64,000 bases of DNA from an uncultured Bacteroidia bacterium (GCA_965284645.1 OZ260106.1:2815747-2879746); one strand, 5' to 3'. Shown: positions 18,276-28,298, counted from the stretch's first letter. Numbers and translations: made by a program. Notes: generated from the letters alone by a model not told the origin.

Positions 18276-18968
18276 TTGAAACACATGGGAACTTGGCATA
18301 CCAAAATTGACGGAAATGATACCTTTCAGGATATTTACCAAGGATTTTATCAGTTGTACAACCAAGGTGCGAGTCCGCAGCAGGCTTCAGCTCAGATAAA
18401 GGCCGATTTTGTTGCTTATTGGATGGATGAAGAGGATAGGAACAATGCTTTATTTGCTTTGGTTTTAGCCCAATGGGAAACCAAATGCTTGGAAAAGGAA
18501 TTGCTTGCTGAAGTTAAGGACATACTTTCCACCGGAAAAGATTTGGAAGTTTGGAAGGCATTGGGCGCCAGCGTTGAACAGTTGGAAGAAAGAAAGCTGG
18601 AATTGGCTAGTTTTTGGAAGAAGGTTTCGGTGGAGAGAGAAAAGCCGAAACGTAGGATTAGGCCCAAATGGGAATTTGCACTCAGACTGCGGTTGAGCTT
18701 AGTCTCACCCGATGGAAAAAAGGTGTTGGAGGTGAACGATGAAATTGTAAACCATCATTATACCTGCACCAGTGCGTTGTTGAACTGGGAGAGAGGAGGA
18801 GGCGGTGTGTTTAATTATATCGGTGAGGGAAAAGATTTGAAAGCCCAATGGTTGGATGCCCAAACCTTGGAAATTCATCATGAAAAAGGCTTAGAATTCC
18901 ATCAGAAGAACCCAAGTTTGTACTTTTTTGGAGAGGAAGTTAGGATAGTTTACAAGGAGCTTAGGTAG
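18276..18968 (+). CDS. Hypothetical protein
   Basis: 230-aa ORF, no signal peptide, no recognised domain. Same strand and tightly packed with the two upstream hypotheticals. Confidence 0.4.
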   Translation: MKHMGTWHTKIDGNDTFQDIYQGFYQLYNQGASPQQASAQIKADFVAYWMDEEDRNNALFALVLAQWETKCLEKELLAEVKDILSTGKDLEVWKALGASVEQLEERKLELASFWKKVSVEREKPKRRIRPKWEFALRLRLSLVSPDGKKVLEVNDEIVNHHYTCTSALLNWERGGGGVFNYIGEGKDLKAQWLDAQTLEIHHEKGLEFHQKNPSLYFFGEEVRIVYKELR

Positions 18969-19066
18969 GAAGATTTGAACCTTGGTCTCTAAGGTGTTTT
19001 GTTGGTAAAAAGGCTAAATTGTTGAATGGTAATAATTGCATCCAAGCTTAAAGTCTGTGCTTCTTT

Positions 19067-19213
19067 CCGGGTAGGGATAGGAACGGAAAGCCCACAGGGA
19101 TGCGGAGGAACGGAGCAGACCGAGGACTTGCAGTGTATAGCCCGACCATGAGCCATGCACCAAAGTTTAAAACAAAGGAGAATGTGAAAAGGCGAATGGG
19201 ACCCGCCAAATAA
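19067..19213 (+). repeat. Mosaic repeat locus 3: solitary module B (plus)
   Basis: CCGGGTAGGGATAGGAACGGAAAGCCCACAGGG...CGAGGACTTGCAGTGTATAGCCCGACC...GGCGAATGGGACCCGCCAAATAAG. Confidence 0.8.
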
Positions 19214-19340
19214 GTATTAAAATTATATTCTTTAAGGGTTGAGGAAGGAGCCAAGGTTTCGATTTTATTCAAGCAAATTTGTTTATAAATTCAGGGCTAG
19301 GAACCCTGTTTGAAATGGGATAACTCTTTAATTTTACGGC

Positions 19341-21191
19341 ATGGCAGAAGAAGAAGAAGTTAAATACGACGAAGGCAATATTAGAACCCTCGATTGGAAA
19401 GAACATATCCGATTGAGGGCTGGCATGTATATCGGTAAATTGGGTGATGGTTCGAGTACCGACGATGGAATTTATATTCTTATCAAAGAGGTGATTGACA
19501 ATGCCATCGATGAATTTGTGATGGGAAATGGTCGTACTGTAGAAATTACCGTGAAAGATAAGCGTGTGAAAGTAAGGGATTACGGTAGGGGGATACCGCT
19601 TGGAAAGGTGATTGATTGTGTGAGTAAGATTAATACCGGGGGGAAATACGATAGTTTGGCTTTTAAGAAATCGGTGGGACTGAATGGAGTTGGTACCAAA
19701 GCTGTGAATGCTCTTAGTTCGTATTTTAGGGTACAAAGTATACGCGACGACAAGACCAAGGTGGCAGAATTTAACCAAGGAAACATCGTTGTGGATGCGC
19801 CGGTAGAAGAATGCAACTTGCGCAAAGGTACCATAGTGACTTTCGAGCCGGATGACACAATTTTCCACAATTTCCACTTCATTCACCAGTACATCGAAAA
19901 AATGTGCTGGAATTATTGCTACCTCAATCCCGGGTTGACCATTTACCTTAATGGGGAAAAAATATATTCGGAAAATGGATTGAAAGACCTGTTGCAAAAC
20001 AATATTTCCGAAGAAATACTCTATCCGATAATTCATTTGCGGGGGAACGATATTGAAGTAGCCCTCACGCATGGGAATAGCTACGGGGAAGAATACTATA
20101 GCTTTGTTAATGGACAGTTTACCACCCAAGGCGGTACCCACCAATCTGCTTTCAGGGAGGAAATTGCCAAGGTGATTCGGAATTTCTATAAAAAGGATTT
20201 TGAAACCACCGATATCCGCACCAGTATTATTGCTGCGGTGAGTGTGAAAGTAATGGAACCGGTTTTTGAAAGCCAAACCAAAACCAAACTAGGTTCGGCT
20301 GTGATTGCACCGGATGGACCTTCGTTGAAATCGTTTATTGGCGATTTTCTTTCCAAGGAATTGGACAATTACCTGCATAAAAACCAGGAAACGGCCGATG
20401 CTTTGCTCCGTAAAATCCTCCAAAGCGAAAGGGAAAGAAAAGATATGGCCGGCATTAAAAAACTGGCCAAAGAAAGAGCTAAAAAAGCCAGTCTGCACAA
20501 CCGCAAACTCAGGGATTGTAGGTTGCATTTTAACACAACCGATGAAAGAAGGCTGGAAACAACCCTTTTCATAACCGAGGGTGACAGTGCGAGTGGATCC
20601 ATTACCAAAAGTAGGGATGTGAATACCCAAGCGGTTTTTAGCTTGAAAGGTAAACCGCTGAACTGCTATGGCATGACCAAAAAAGTGGTGTATGAAAACG
20701 AGGAATTCAATCTTTTGCAAGCGGCTTTGAACATTGAAGAATCGCTGGAAGACCTACGTTACAACAATATTGTAATAGCCACCGATGCCGATAACGATGG
20801 TATGCATATTCGATTGTTGATGATTACCTTCTTTTTACAGTTTTTTCCTGATTTGGTGAAGAACGGACATTTGTTCATTCTCCAAACGCCCTTGTTTAGG
20901 GTGAGAAACAAGAAGGAAACCCGTTATTGCTATTCGGAAGAGGAAAAACTATCGGCCATTGAAGCCTTGGGACCTAGGCCAGAGATTACTCGATTTAAAG
21001 GTTTGGGAGAAATTTCGCCTGACGAGTTCAAGCATTTTATTGGAAAAGATATCCGTCTCGACCCTGTTATTATTGGGAAAGACTCCCATATCAGCCAGTT
21101 GTTGAACTATTACATGGGAAGTAATACACCGGATCGGCAAATGTTTATTATTGAAAATCTGCGGGTCGAAGCCGATTTAGTGGAAAATTAG
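19341..21191 (+). CDS. parE: Type IIA topoisomerase subunit B, most likely topoisomerase IV ParE (616 aa, no GyrB insert)
   Basis: GHKL ATPase motifs ([23 protein letters not shown]), TOPRIM ([20 protein letters not shown]). Length and absence of a C-terminal GyrB insertion favour ParE. Confidence 0.75.
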   Translation: MAEEEEVKYDEGNIRTLDWKEHIRLRAGMYIGKLGDGSSTDDGIYILIKEVIDNAIDEFVMGNGRTVEITVKDKRVKVRDYGRGIPLGKVIDCVSKINTGGKYDSLAFKKSVGLNGVGTKAVNALSSYFRVQSIRDDKTKVAEFNQGNIVVDAPVEECNLRKGTIVTFEPDDTIFHNFHFIHQYIEKMCWNYCYLNPGLTIYLNGEKIYSENGLKDLLQNNISEEILYPIIHLRGNDIEVALTHGNSYGEEYYSFVNGQFTTQGGTHQSAFREEIAKVIRNFYKKDFETTDIRTSIIAAVSVKVMEPVFESQTKTKLGSAVIAPDGPSLKSFIGDFLSKELDNYLHKNQETADALLRKILQSERERKDMAGIKKLAKERAKKASLHNRKLRDCRLHFNTTDERRLETTLFITEGDSASGSITKSRDVNTQAVFSLKGKPLNCYGMTKKVVYENEEFNLLQAALNIEESLEDLRYNNIVIATDADNDGMHIRLLMITFFLQFFPDLVKNGHLFILQTPLFRVRNKKETRYCYSEEEKLSAIEALGPRPEITRFKGLGEISPDEFKHFIGKDIRLDPVIIGKDSHISQLLNYYMGSNTPDRQMFIIENLRVEADLVEN

Positions 21192-21206
21192 TACATTTGA
21201 AACCTG

Positions 21207-21698
21207 ATGAGGAAGGTGGTACGATACCTGTTTTTATTCTTGCTTAGTGCTGGGGCGCTTGCTTCGTGCAAGAAAACGGAATACGTTTATCAAATCGAAA
21301 ACGAAAACCTGTATGCCGATAATGCGGGCAAGGTAAAGGTGAAATCGGACGAACAATTTGTATCGATTCTGTATGCCAACCTTTTTCAAGAAGCACTGGG
21401 GGCCAACGAATTGGTGAGAGTGGTTCGTTGTATCCGAGCCAATGGTGATAAGGACTTGATCCACGAAGTACTGGTTTCTAATTTCATGAACCGTCCGGAT
21501 GTGCAATTGCCCGAAGCGGAATTTATGCGTTCCAATCCTGATTCATTTGTGGTAGAAACCTACAAACGTTTTTTGGTTCGGTATCCAACTGAAGCCGAGA
21601 AAACCTGGTTTAGGAATTATATCAATACCCATCCGACCGTTACACCTGAAATCGTTTACTCTTCCTTCGCTATTAGCAACGAATACCAATTTTACTAG
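21207..21698 (+). CDS. Hypothetical lipoprotein
   Basis: Lipobox LSAGALASC. First of four same-strand secreted-protein genes with 3-10 bp gaps. Confidence 0.45.
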   Translation: MRKVVRYLFLFLLSAGALASCKKTEYVYQIENENLYADNAGKVKVKSDEQFVSILYANLFQEALGANELVRVVRCIRANGDKDLIHEVLVSNFMNRPDVQLPEAEFMRSNPDSFVVETYKRFLVRYPTEAEKTWFRNYINTHPTVTPEIVYSSFAISNEYQFY

Positions 21699-21701
21699 GT
21701 T

Positions 21702-23039
21702 ATGCAAAGACGTTCCTTTATAAAGAAAGCCGCCACCGCCACAGCTGGTGCTTTTGCATTGCCTTATATTTTGCCGAGTGGTCGATTGTTTGCCTCTACC
21801 CAAGCTCCTTTAGCTCAGCATGTTATTTTAATCATGTTTGCCGGTGGTGTTCGGCAACAGGAAAGTGTATTGCAACGTTATTTGGACGATAGCCAAGGCA
21901 TGGGAATTCCGGGCAACATCATGTACAATATGTTCAATGGTGCCCCTCCAACAGCGAAGATTGTTTACGGTACCGATGGTTTTATTGCTGGTGATACACC
22001 CATACCTTCCTTGTTAAACCAAAGTTTACAAAGCCAAGGAACTTTGTTTTCTGAACTTCGCTCTGGCACTACAGGACACTACAACGGTTTAAATGCAATT
22101 GTTCAGGGAAATACCCTTTATACCCAAGGTTTGAAACAAAAACCAATTCATCCTACCATATTTGAATATGCCCGTCGCCATGGAAATTTTCCTGCATCGA
22201 AGGTGTGGTTTGTAGGCAATGGCATTGGAAATTCTACGCCTTTATTGAATTACAGTACCCATCCCGATTATGGTGCGGCTTATGGTGCTAATTTTTTGGC
22301 TCCAACCATTGTTTTTGGAAATGAAGGGTTAACCTATATGTCTAACAGCAAGGTTTACCATCCAGAAGAGGAATTGGGACCGATGTACGAAATGAAGTAT
22401 TTCCTGGATAAGAATTTTAAAAATGCTGCCGGAACCTTGGAAGGTATTCACAACACCGACGAAGAGAAGCAAAACATCAAGGAGTTCTTCAAAGAAATGT
22501 ACCAAAAATCTCAGGATGGTACCATTGCCTTTCCGCCGGTAGTAGACAATGGCGATTTGAAAACCATCGGTTATGCCTGCGAGGTAGCCAAATGGTTTAA
22601 GCCGAATGTATTAGCTATCAATATGAGTGCTGTAGATGGATGCCATAGCAATTTTACTGGTTATTTAAGGTCCTTGCACAGGGCTGATCATGCGGTGGGA
22701 CATATTTGGAACTATATTCAAACCCAGGTACCGGAAATGGCGGGCAATACTGCTATTATCTTGGCACCGGAATGTGGCCGAAACCTAAACCACAACCCCA
22801 TCTTGGACGAAAACGATTGGTATGCCTTCGATCACAGCGACCAAAACTCTTTGCGGGTTTTCGGAATGATGGCCGGCCCCTCCATTCCATCCAATTTAAC
22901 CGTTGGAAGCAATGTTCAACCTGTTGGAAATACGGTGGATATTGTTCCTACCATGGCTGAAATTTTAGGATTTAAAAACGAGGTGGTTTCTTCCGGACTA
23001 TTGGCTGGAGATTCCATGAGCTGGTTTGATCGATTGTAA
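21702..23039 (+). CDS. Tat-signal sulfatase-fold protein, DUF1501-like
   Basis: Twin-arginine-like N-terminus MQRRSFIKKAATATAGAFALP followed by HVILIMFAGGVRQQES (resembles the DUF1501 VIxLFxxGGxSxxD block). C-terminal D-H-containing blocks. Confidence 0.4.
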   Translation: MQRRSFIKKAATATAGAFALPYILPSGRLFASTQAPLAQHVILIMFAGGVRQQESVLQRYLDDSQGMGIPGNIMYNMFNGAPPTAKIVYGTDGFIAGDTPIPSLLNQSLQSQGTLFSELRSGTTGHYNGLNAIVQGNTLYTQGLKQKPIHPTIFEYARRHGNFPASKVWFVGNGIGNSTPLLNYSTHPDYGAAYGANFLAPTIVFGNEGLTYMSNSKVYHPEEELGPMYEMKYFLDKNFKNAAGTLEGIHNTDEEKQNIKEFFKEMYQKSQDGTIAFPPVVDNGDLKTIGYACEVAKWFKPNVLAINMSAVDGCHSNFTGYLRSLHRADHAVGHIWNYIQTQVPEMAGNTAIILAPECGRNLNHNPILDENDWYAFDHSDQNSLRVFGMMAGPSIPSNLTVGSNVQPVGNTVDIVPTMAEILGFKNEVVSSGLLAGDSMSWFDRL

Positions 23040-23042
23040 GCC

Positions 23043-24002
23043 ATGAGAAATACCAATTCCATAGCCGCTCTGTTTGGATTAAGCTATTTGCTTATCGTTT
23101 TGGATGCCTGTAAAAAAGAGGCACCAACTCCCTTTAGAAATGACGACGATACCGAGCAAACCAATCCTGATTCAGTAGCTCCGCCCGATCCAAAGAGTTT
23201 TGCCGGACTACAATACTATATTTTTAAACCAACTTGCGCCAACAGCGGTTGCCACGATGGAACTTTCGAGCCCGATTTCAGGACCATCCAAAGTAGCTAC
23301 AACACCTTGGTTTATAGGCCTATAATTAAAAACAATCCTCAAAACTCCTTTACCTTTCGGGTGGTTCCCTACCAACCGGATGCCTCCGTTCTGATAAACC
23401 GCCTAACTGTGGATATCGACGGATTGAGCGGAATTATGCCTTTGATTACCGATCCCAATGCCGAATGGAGCTTGAAAAAGGAGGAGCATATCCAAAATAT
23501 CCGGGATTGGATTTTGAATGGTGCAAAAGATGTGTTTGGTCAGGTTCCACAACCCGGTAACAGAGAGCCCCAATTGTTGGGCATTATGGTTACGCCGGTT
23601 GGAAGCACCACGCCCTATCCACGTTCCGGAACCAATGCGGTGGATGTAATTGCCGGTGTAGGTTCGGTTGATGTGTGGATTGCCGTAGGAGACGATAGCA
23701 CGGCTGCTTCCGCTTTGGGTAGTCCAAGTGTGAAATTCTCGGGTAATCCTTACGATTATAGTTCAGCTTCGGGAATAAACCTTCAAACTGTTCCTGGTGG
23801 AGTTTCCAATGTTGGTTTTAGCGGCGATATGGTTCAGTTTACCCACAAGGCAACCTATTCCATTCCTACTTTATTTGGCGATACCACCATCTTTTTCCGT
23901 TCCTATTTTCAAGATCCCAAACAGCCCGGGATAACCGAAATGCCTGAATCAGGTAGCTTGCAACATGTATTGGATTATTGTTCATTTAAACTTTCAAATT
24001 AG
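23043..24002 (+). CDS. Hypothetical lipoprotein with non-canonical CX4CH (CANSGCH) motif
   Basis: Lipobox LDAC. FKPTCANSGCHDG resembles the F..C..CH.G heme-c context but with 4-residue spacing. Confidence 0.4.
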   Translation: MRNTNSIAALFGLSYLLIVLDACKKEAPTPFRNDDDTEQTNPDSVAPPDPKSFAGLQYYIFKPTCANSGCHDGTFEPDFRTIQSSYNTLVYRPIIKNNPQNSFTFRVVPYQPDASVLINRLTVDIDGLSGIMPLITDPNAEWSLKKEEHIQNIRDWILNGAKDVFGQVPQPGNREPQLLGIMVTPVGSTTPYPRSGTNAVDVIAGVGSVDVWIAVGDDSTAASALGSPSVKFSGNPYDYSSASGINLQTVPGGVSNVGFSGDMVQFTHKATYSIPTLFGDTTIFFRSYFQDPKQPGITEMPESGSLQHVLDYCSFKLSN

Positions 24003-24011
24003 ATAAGGTAA

Positions 24012-24470
24012 GTGTTTGAAAATAAAAGAAATATAGTATTATTTTTTCTGTTCATTTTTGTATGGATTTTCATTGGTTCCTGCAAGAAAGAAACAGAAAC
24101 CAATACGGCTCCCGAAATCTCCAATCTGGTCATTACGCCGCATTCAATAATAGAGTGGGTAGATTCGGTAGAAATTCGCTTCGATTATAAAGATTTAGAA
24201 GGCGATATTGGAGAAGAAGATCCTAATATAAAAACATTGGAAATCAAAGATTCGAGACTTGATGAATCCGATTTCTACCACATTCAACCACTTACCCCTA
24301 ACGACAAAGTTTATTCGTCTCAAGGAACCTTAACGGTTAAGCTAAATTCCATGTTTAGATTGGGCAATGCCGCCTTCGAAAAATTCACCTTCACCATTTC
24401 TCTCCGCGATAGAGCTGGAAACAAGAGCAATGAAATTCGGAGTGATACCCTGCAAGTTGCGATTTTTTAA
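24012..24470 (+). CDS. Hypothetical lipoprotein
   Basis: Signal peptide/lipobox IFIGSC. 152 aa. Confidence 0.4.
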   Translation: MFENKRNIVLFFLFIFVWIFIGSCKKETETNTAPEISNLVITPHSIIEWVDSVEIRFDYKDLEGDIGEEDPNIKTLEIKDSRLDESDFYHIQPLTPNDKVYSSQGTLTVKLNSMFRLGNAAFEKFTFTISLRDRAGNKSNEIRSDTLQVAIF

Positions 24471-24532
24471 AGTTCCAAATTGCTTATGTTGTTATCTTAA
24501 TTTTTCTTACGTTTGTTAGTCAAATATCAAGT

Positions 24533-25606
24533 ATGAAAACAAAATCCTTAAAGTACTGGATGGTTATGCAAGGACCCATTATTGCTATCATTTCCTTTGT
24601 CGGACATGGTGCGCTTGCTTGGTTGTTGCCCATGTATGCCTTTGTTTTGATTCCAATCGCCGAACTGTTTTTGCCGGCTACAACCGAGAATATGTCGGAG
24701 GCTGAAGAAGAAATTGCCTTGGCCGATCCTTGGTACGATTGGGCCGTTTACCTCATGGTACCGATTCAATACGGTTTGCTGGCCTTTTATCTGTACACCA
24801 TTTGTTACACTGAAAACACCCTGTTTGAATTGGTCGGAAAAACATTTTCTATGGGTATAGGGTGTGGAATTTTAGGTATCAATTTGGGACATGAATTGGG
24901 GCACCGGATTAAGCCTTCCGAGCGATTTATGGCAAAAGCTTTGTTGCTCACTTCCATGTATATGCATTTCTTTATCGAGCATAACCGTGGTCACCATAAA
25001 AACGTGGCAACGCCTTTAGATCCAGCCACTTCTCGTTATGGCGAGATTGTTTATTTCTTTTGGTTTCGTTCCATTATCAACAGTTGGTTTTCGGCTTGGG
25101 AACTGGAGGTGAAGCGTTTAAAAAAGGATAATCAGCCCATACTTTCGCTGAGCAATGAAATGATTCGCTACATCCTTATTCAATTCAGTTTTTGCGCCTT
25201 CATTTTTGCCATATTCGGTTTAAAAGGATTGCTGGGCTTTTTGTCAGTTGCCTTTATTGGAATTTTACTTTTAGAAACGGTCAACTATATTGAGCACTAC
25301 GGTTTGACCCGCAAGAAAAGTCAAGGTGAAGCCTACGAGCGTGTTTTACCTGTTCACAGCTGGAATTCCAACCATGTCATCGGCCGTTTATTGCTTTTTG
25401 AATTGTCACGTCACAGCGATCATCACTATAAGGCGAGTCGTAAATACCAGATTTTGAGGCATTTCGAAGATAGTCCACAAATGCCTACCGGTTATCCGGG
25501 TATGATTGTTTTGGCCTTGGTTCCGCCTTTGTGGTTTTACGTGATGCACCGCAACATTGCCAAGTACAGCCAATTGCATCCAGAAGCGGTTAAAGCTTGG
25601 GCTTAA
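24533..25606 (+). CDS. AlkB-like integral-membrane alkane 1-monooxygenase / fatty-acid desaturase-family di-iron hydroxylase
   Basis: All four His boxes of the AlkB/XylM family: HELGHR, EHNRGHH, NYIEHYGL, HSDHH. Multiple TM helices. Confidence 0.8.
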   Translation: MKTKSLKYWMVMQGPIIAIISFVGHGALAWLLPMYAFVLIPIAELFLPATTENMSEAEEEIALADPWYDWAVYLMVPIQYGLLAFYLYTICYTENTLFELVGKTFSMGIGCGILGINLGHELGHRIKPSERFMAKALLLTSMYMHFFIEHNRGHHKNVATPLDPATSRYGEIVYFFWFRSIINSWFSAWELEVKRLKKDNQPILSLSNEMIRYILIQFSFCAFIFAIFGLKGLLGFLSVAFIGILLLETVNYIEHYGLTRKKSQGEAYERVLPVHSWNSNHVIGRLLLFELSRHSDHHYKASRKYQILRHFEDSPQMPTGYPGMIVLALVPPLWFYVMHRNIAKYSQLHPEAVKAWA

Positions 25607-25607
25607 T

Positions 25608-25764
25608 TTTTTTATTTTTTGGCGGGCACCATTCGCAAAAACAGGTTCGTCATTAAATTAAAATTTGGCAAGGCGAATGGTCGGGCTATACGCTGCAAGT
25701 CCTCGTCCAGTCTACGTTTCACTTCGTCTGTCCTGTGGGCTTTACGCTTCTATCCCTTCCCGGA
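25608..25764 (-). repeat. Mosaic repeat locus 4: solitary module B (minus)
   Basis: TTTTTTATTTTTGGCGGGCACCATTCGC...GGCGAATGGTCGGGCTATACGCTGCAAGTCCTCG...CCTGTGGGCTTTACGCTTCTATCCCTTCCCGG. Confidence 0.8.
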
Positions 25765-25839
25765 GCCTCCGAAATAGTTTTGGCAAATAGAACAAGCATT
25801 TGCTTTTCACTCAGTGTGGTAAAAAAATAAAGTAAGAAT

Positions 25840-26499
25840 TTAGGCCGCAGCCATTCTTTCCTTCTCTTTCAGGATTTCCAGGGTTTTCACGGCTTTTTTG
25901 AAAAGTGAACCTTGGTCTTGATTTTTTTCAGCTTTGGTGTAAATAGGTGAGGCAGGACTGAAAATAATGGCTTGGGTTGTATTGGCAAAAAACTGGGAAA
26001 GTTCAACTGCTTCTGTAGTGGAGTTTGCACCAAGAATAATGGTGGAATAGTCCATAAGTTTTAGCATAGTTTGGCTGTTGTAGTCACCAATAACGATAAT
26101 CCCCATTACTTTTTCCTGAATCACTTTGCTTAGTTTGTGCAGTTTAGAAATGGCATCGGATTCATTCATAATCCAAACAATTTGCTTTTCAGGAATAAAC
26201 TGAAGCGCTTCCAAGGCATTGGGAATGGACGAACTTAGGGAGTCGTTATAATAACTAACACCGTCAATGGTTGCTACTTTTTCGCACCTAGAATGACCTG
26301 AATAAACATCTGAAACGCTTTCTGATACTATTTCATGGTGCAACATTAGCAACAAGGTATCAAAATCATCTTCGGATGGAATGGCGGTTTGATTATATGT
26401 GGTGGATTCGACCATTTTTCGACGAGTAAAAATAGAAATTCTTTGGGTTCTTAACATAGTATTTTCATAAATAGTTAAAAAAAATCGGTCAACAACCAA
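25840..26499 (-). pseudogene. MurD-like (UDP-N-acetylmuramoylalanine-D-glutamate ligase) C-terminal half only; probable gene remnant
   Basis: Matches only the C-terminal ~190 residues of Mur ligases (YYNDSLSSS ~ INDSKATN; IIFSPASPIYTKAEKNQDQGSLF ~ [23 protein letters not shown]). It lacks the N-terminal Rossmann domain, the P-loop and the GGxDKG block. Only 118 bp of non-coding sequence lie upstream. Confidence 0.45.
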
Positions 26500-26617
26500 A
26501 CCTTTGCTTTTGCGCTTTCCTAAAATTTAGAATTCGCCAAGGACATAAGGTTTAAATGGTTTATTGGTTTTATCACCCAAATTATTAACTTTACCCAACT
26601 AAATAAAAGTATACTTT

Positions 26618-28198
26618 ATGAGAAAATTTACCTTTGGAATGCTTGTTCTCCTGTTCGGAACACTTGCAAATTCGCAAGCCCAAACTTGGTCGCAAGAAGT
26701 AGCTCCAATCATTTTTAATAAATGCGGGAGTTGCCATAATCCAGGAGGAGTAGGGCATTATTCTTTGCTAAGCTTTGAAGATGCTTATTATTTGCGTTAT
26801 TCCATCCAGGATAGAGTAGTGAACGGGAAAATGCCACCTTGGCCTCCAGATACAAACTATACTCGCTTATCCCATGAGCGAATTCTTACACAGCAAGAAA
26901 TTCAGACTCTTTCCGATTGGGTTGATAATGGTGCCTTAAGTGGAGATCTTTCCACAGCTCCCCAGCCACCAACCTACAACAATGGACCTGAACTTACTGA
27001 CTATGACTTGGAATTGACCATGCCAATTTATACCGTAAATACAGTTTCAGATTTGTATCGTTGTTTTGTATTGCCTCCTAATATTACTGAAAATAAAATG
27101 ATTACGGGATTAGAAGTTATTCCAGGCAATAAAAATATAGTACACCATGTGCTTGTTTTCTCAGATACAACCCACCAAGCCCAAGTATTGGATGCTGGCG
27201 ACCCAGAACCTGGATATACCAATTTTGGCGGTACCGGAACCCCCAATCCTACTTTATTGGCTGGCTGGGTGCCCGGATCAAGAGCCTTACAGATGCCTGC
27301 TAATTTTGGAATAAAACTGTTTTCCAATGCTGATGTAGTTATTCAGATTCATTATCCAGGTGGAGTTTTCAATGAAACCGATAGCACAAAAATCCGATTG
27401 AAATTTGCACCAACTGTCACCGGTATGAGACAAGTGAATACTGCGCCAATCCTGAATCATATAATTGGATTGACGAATGGACCATTGGTAATTCCTGCAA
27501 ATGAAACAAAAACCTTTTACACCTCCTATACCATTCCAGCTGTGAATGTTTCCTTGTTGAGTGTTGCGCCGCACATGCATCTCATTGGAAGAAATATTGT
27601 AGCATTTGCTGTATCTCCTCAACAAGACACCATTCCTTTTATTCGAATCAATGATTGGGATTTTCATTGGCAAGGTTTCTATAACTTCAAAAAAATAGTC
27701 AAAGTCCCAGCAAACTCTACCTTTTATGGCGAAGCATTTTATGACAATACGTCGAATAATCCAGCCAATCCCAACAATCCGCCTCAAACTGTTTCAGTGG
27801 GTGAAGGAACAGCCGATGAAATGTGTTTGGTTTATTTTCAATACACCCCATATTTTCCCGGCGATGAAAATATTACCATTGATAGTACGGACATATTAAC
27901 CGGAACAGAATCGTTTGATTTTTCTGATAAAATTAAAACGGTCCAACTTTACGAGCCTTATCCAAATCCTTCTAAATCCAACTTGGCCTATATTGATTTT
28001 TATCTTCCTGAAACTGGAGATGTGGAATTACAAATCCTTGATTTATCGGGCAAAACCGTATTTCAACAAAGTTGGAAGGCTATATCCAATGGAATCACAA
28101 CAAAAAAATTGGATCTGGGAGGTTTAGCTCAAGGATCTTATGTTTTCCGATTGGAATCCAATGGTTTAGTGCGAACAAAAAATTGGATAAAAGATTAA
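26618..28198 (+). CDS. Secreted fusion protein: N-terminal c-type cytochrome-like CxxCH domain + PHM/DBH-like copper type II monooxygenase domain + T9SS C-terminal sorting domain
   Basis: Signal peptide. IIFNKCGSCHNPGGVG (CXXCH). PHM-like ligand pattern IVHHVLVF ... QIHYP (CuH) and APHMHLIGR ... ADEMCLVYFQY (CuM His-x-His + Met). C-terminal YPNPS...LQILDLSGKTVF...GSYVFRL Por/T9SS tail. Confidence 0.6.
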   Translation: MRKFTFGMLVLLFGTLANSQAQTWSQEVAPIIFNKCGSCHNPGGVGHYSLLSFEDAYYLRYSIQDRVVNGKMPPWPPDTNYTRLSHERILTQQEIQTLSDWVDNGALSGDLSTAPQPPTYNNGPELTDYDLELTMPIYTVNTVSDLYRCFVLPPNITENKMITGLEVIPGNKNIVHHVLVFSDTTHQAQVLDAGDPEPGYTNFGGTGTPNPTLLAGWVPGSRALQMPANFGIKLFSNADVVIQIHYPGGVFNETDSTKIRLKFAPTVTGMRQVNTAPILNHIIGLTNGPLVIPANETKTFYTSYTIPAVNVSLLSVAPHMHLIGRNIVAFAVSPQQDTIPFIRINDWDFHWQGFYNFKKIVKVPANSTFYGEAFYDNTSNNPANPNNPPQTVSVGEGTADEMCLVYFQYTPYFPGDENITIDSTDILTGTESFDFSDKIKTVQLYEPYPNPSKSNLAYIDFYLPETGDVELQILDLSGKTVFQQSWKAISNGITTKKLDLGGLAQGSYVFRLESNGLVRTKNWIKD

Positions 28199-28298
28199 AC
28201 AAAAAATAATCTGTTTAAAATCGTTAATTCATAATAATATGAACGATTTTCTAATATTTTTATCCCCTCTATTAACCTGTAAACCTTAAAAAATCACT

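Noticed and set aside
19067-19213. Module B as a tRNA-like or known housekeeping ncRNA (tmRNA/RNase P/6S fragment)
   Set aside because: It is present in at least eight copies in both orientations with variable central region. It has no cloverleaf and no match to any housekeeping RNA signature I recognise. A repeat-element interpretation fits better.
23043-24002. Calling ORF 23043 a c-type cytochrome
   Set aside because: The motif is CX4CH rather than canonical CXXCH, and no other cytochrome features are evident. Kept only as a low-confidence remark in findings.
28217-28272. Possible terminator after the haem-Cu monooxygenase gene (AAAATCGTT...AACGATTTT + T-rich tract)
   Set aside because: The stem is entirely A/T-rich and short, the loop is long, and stability is doubtful. 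Not called.
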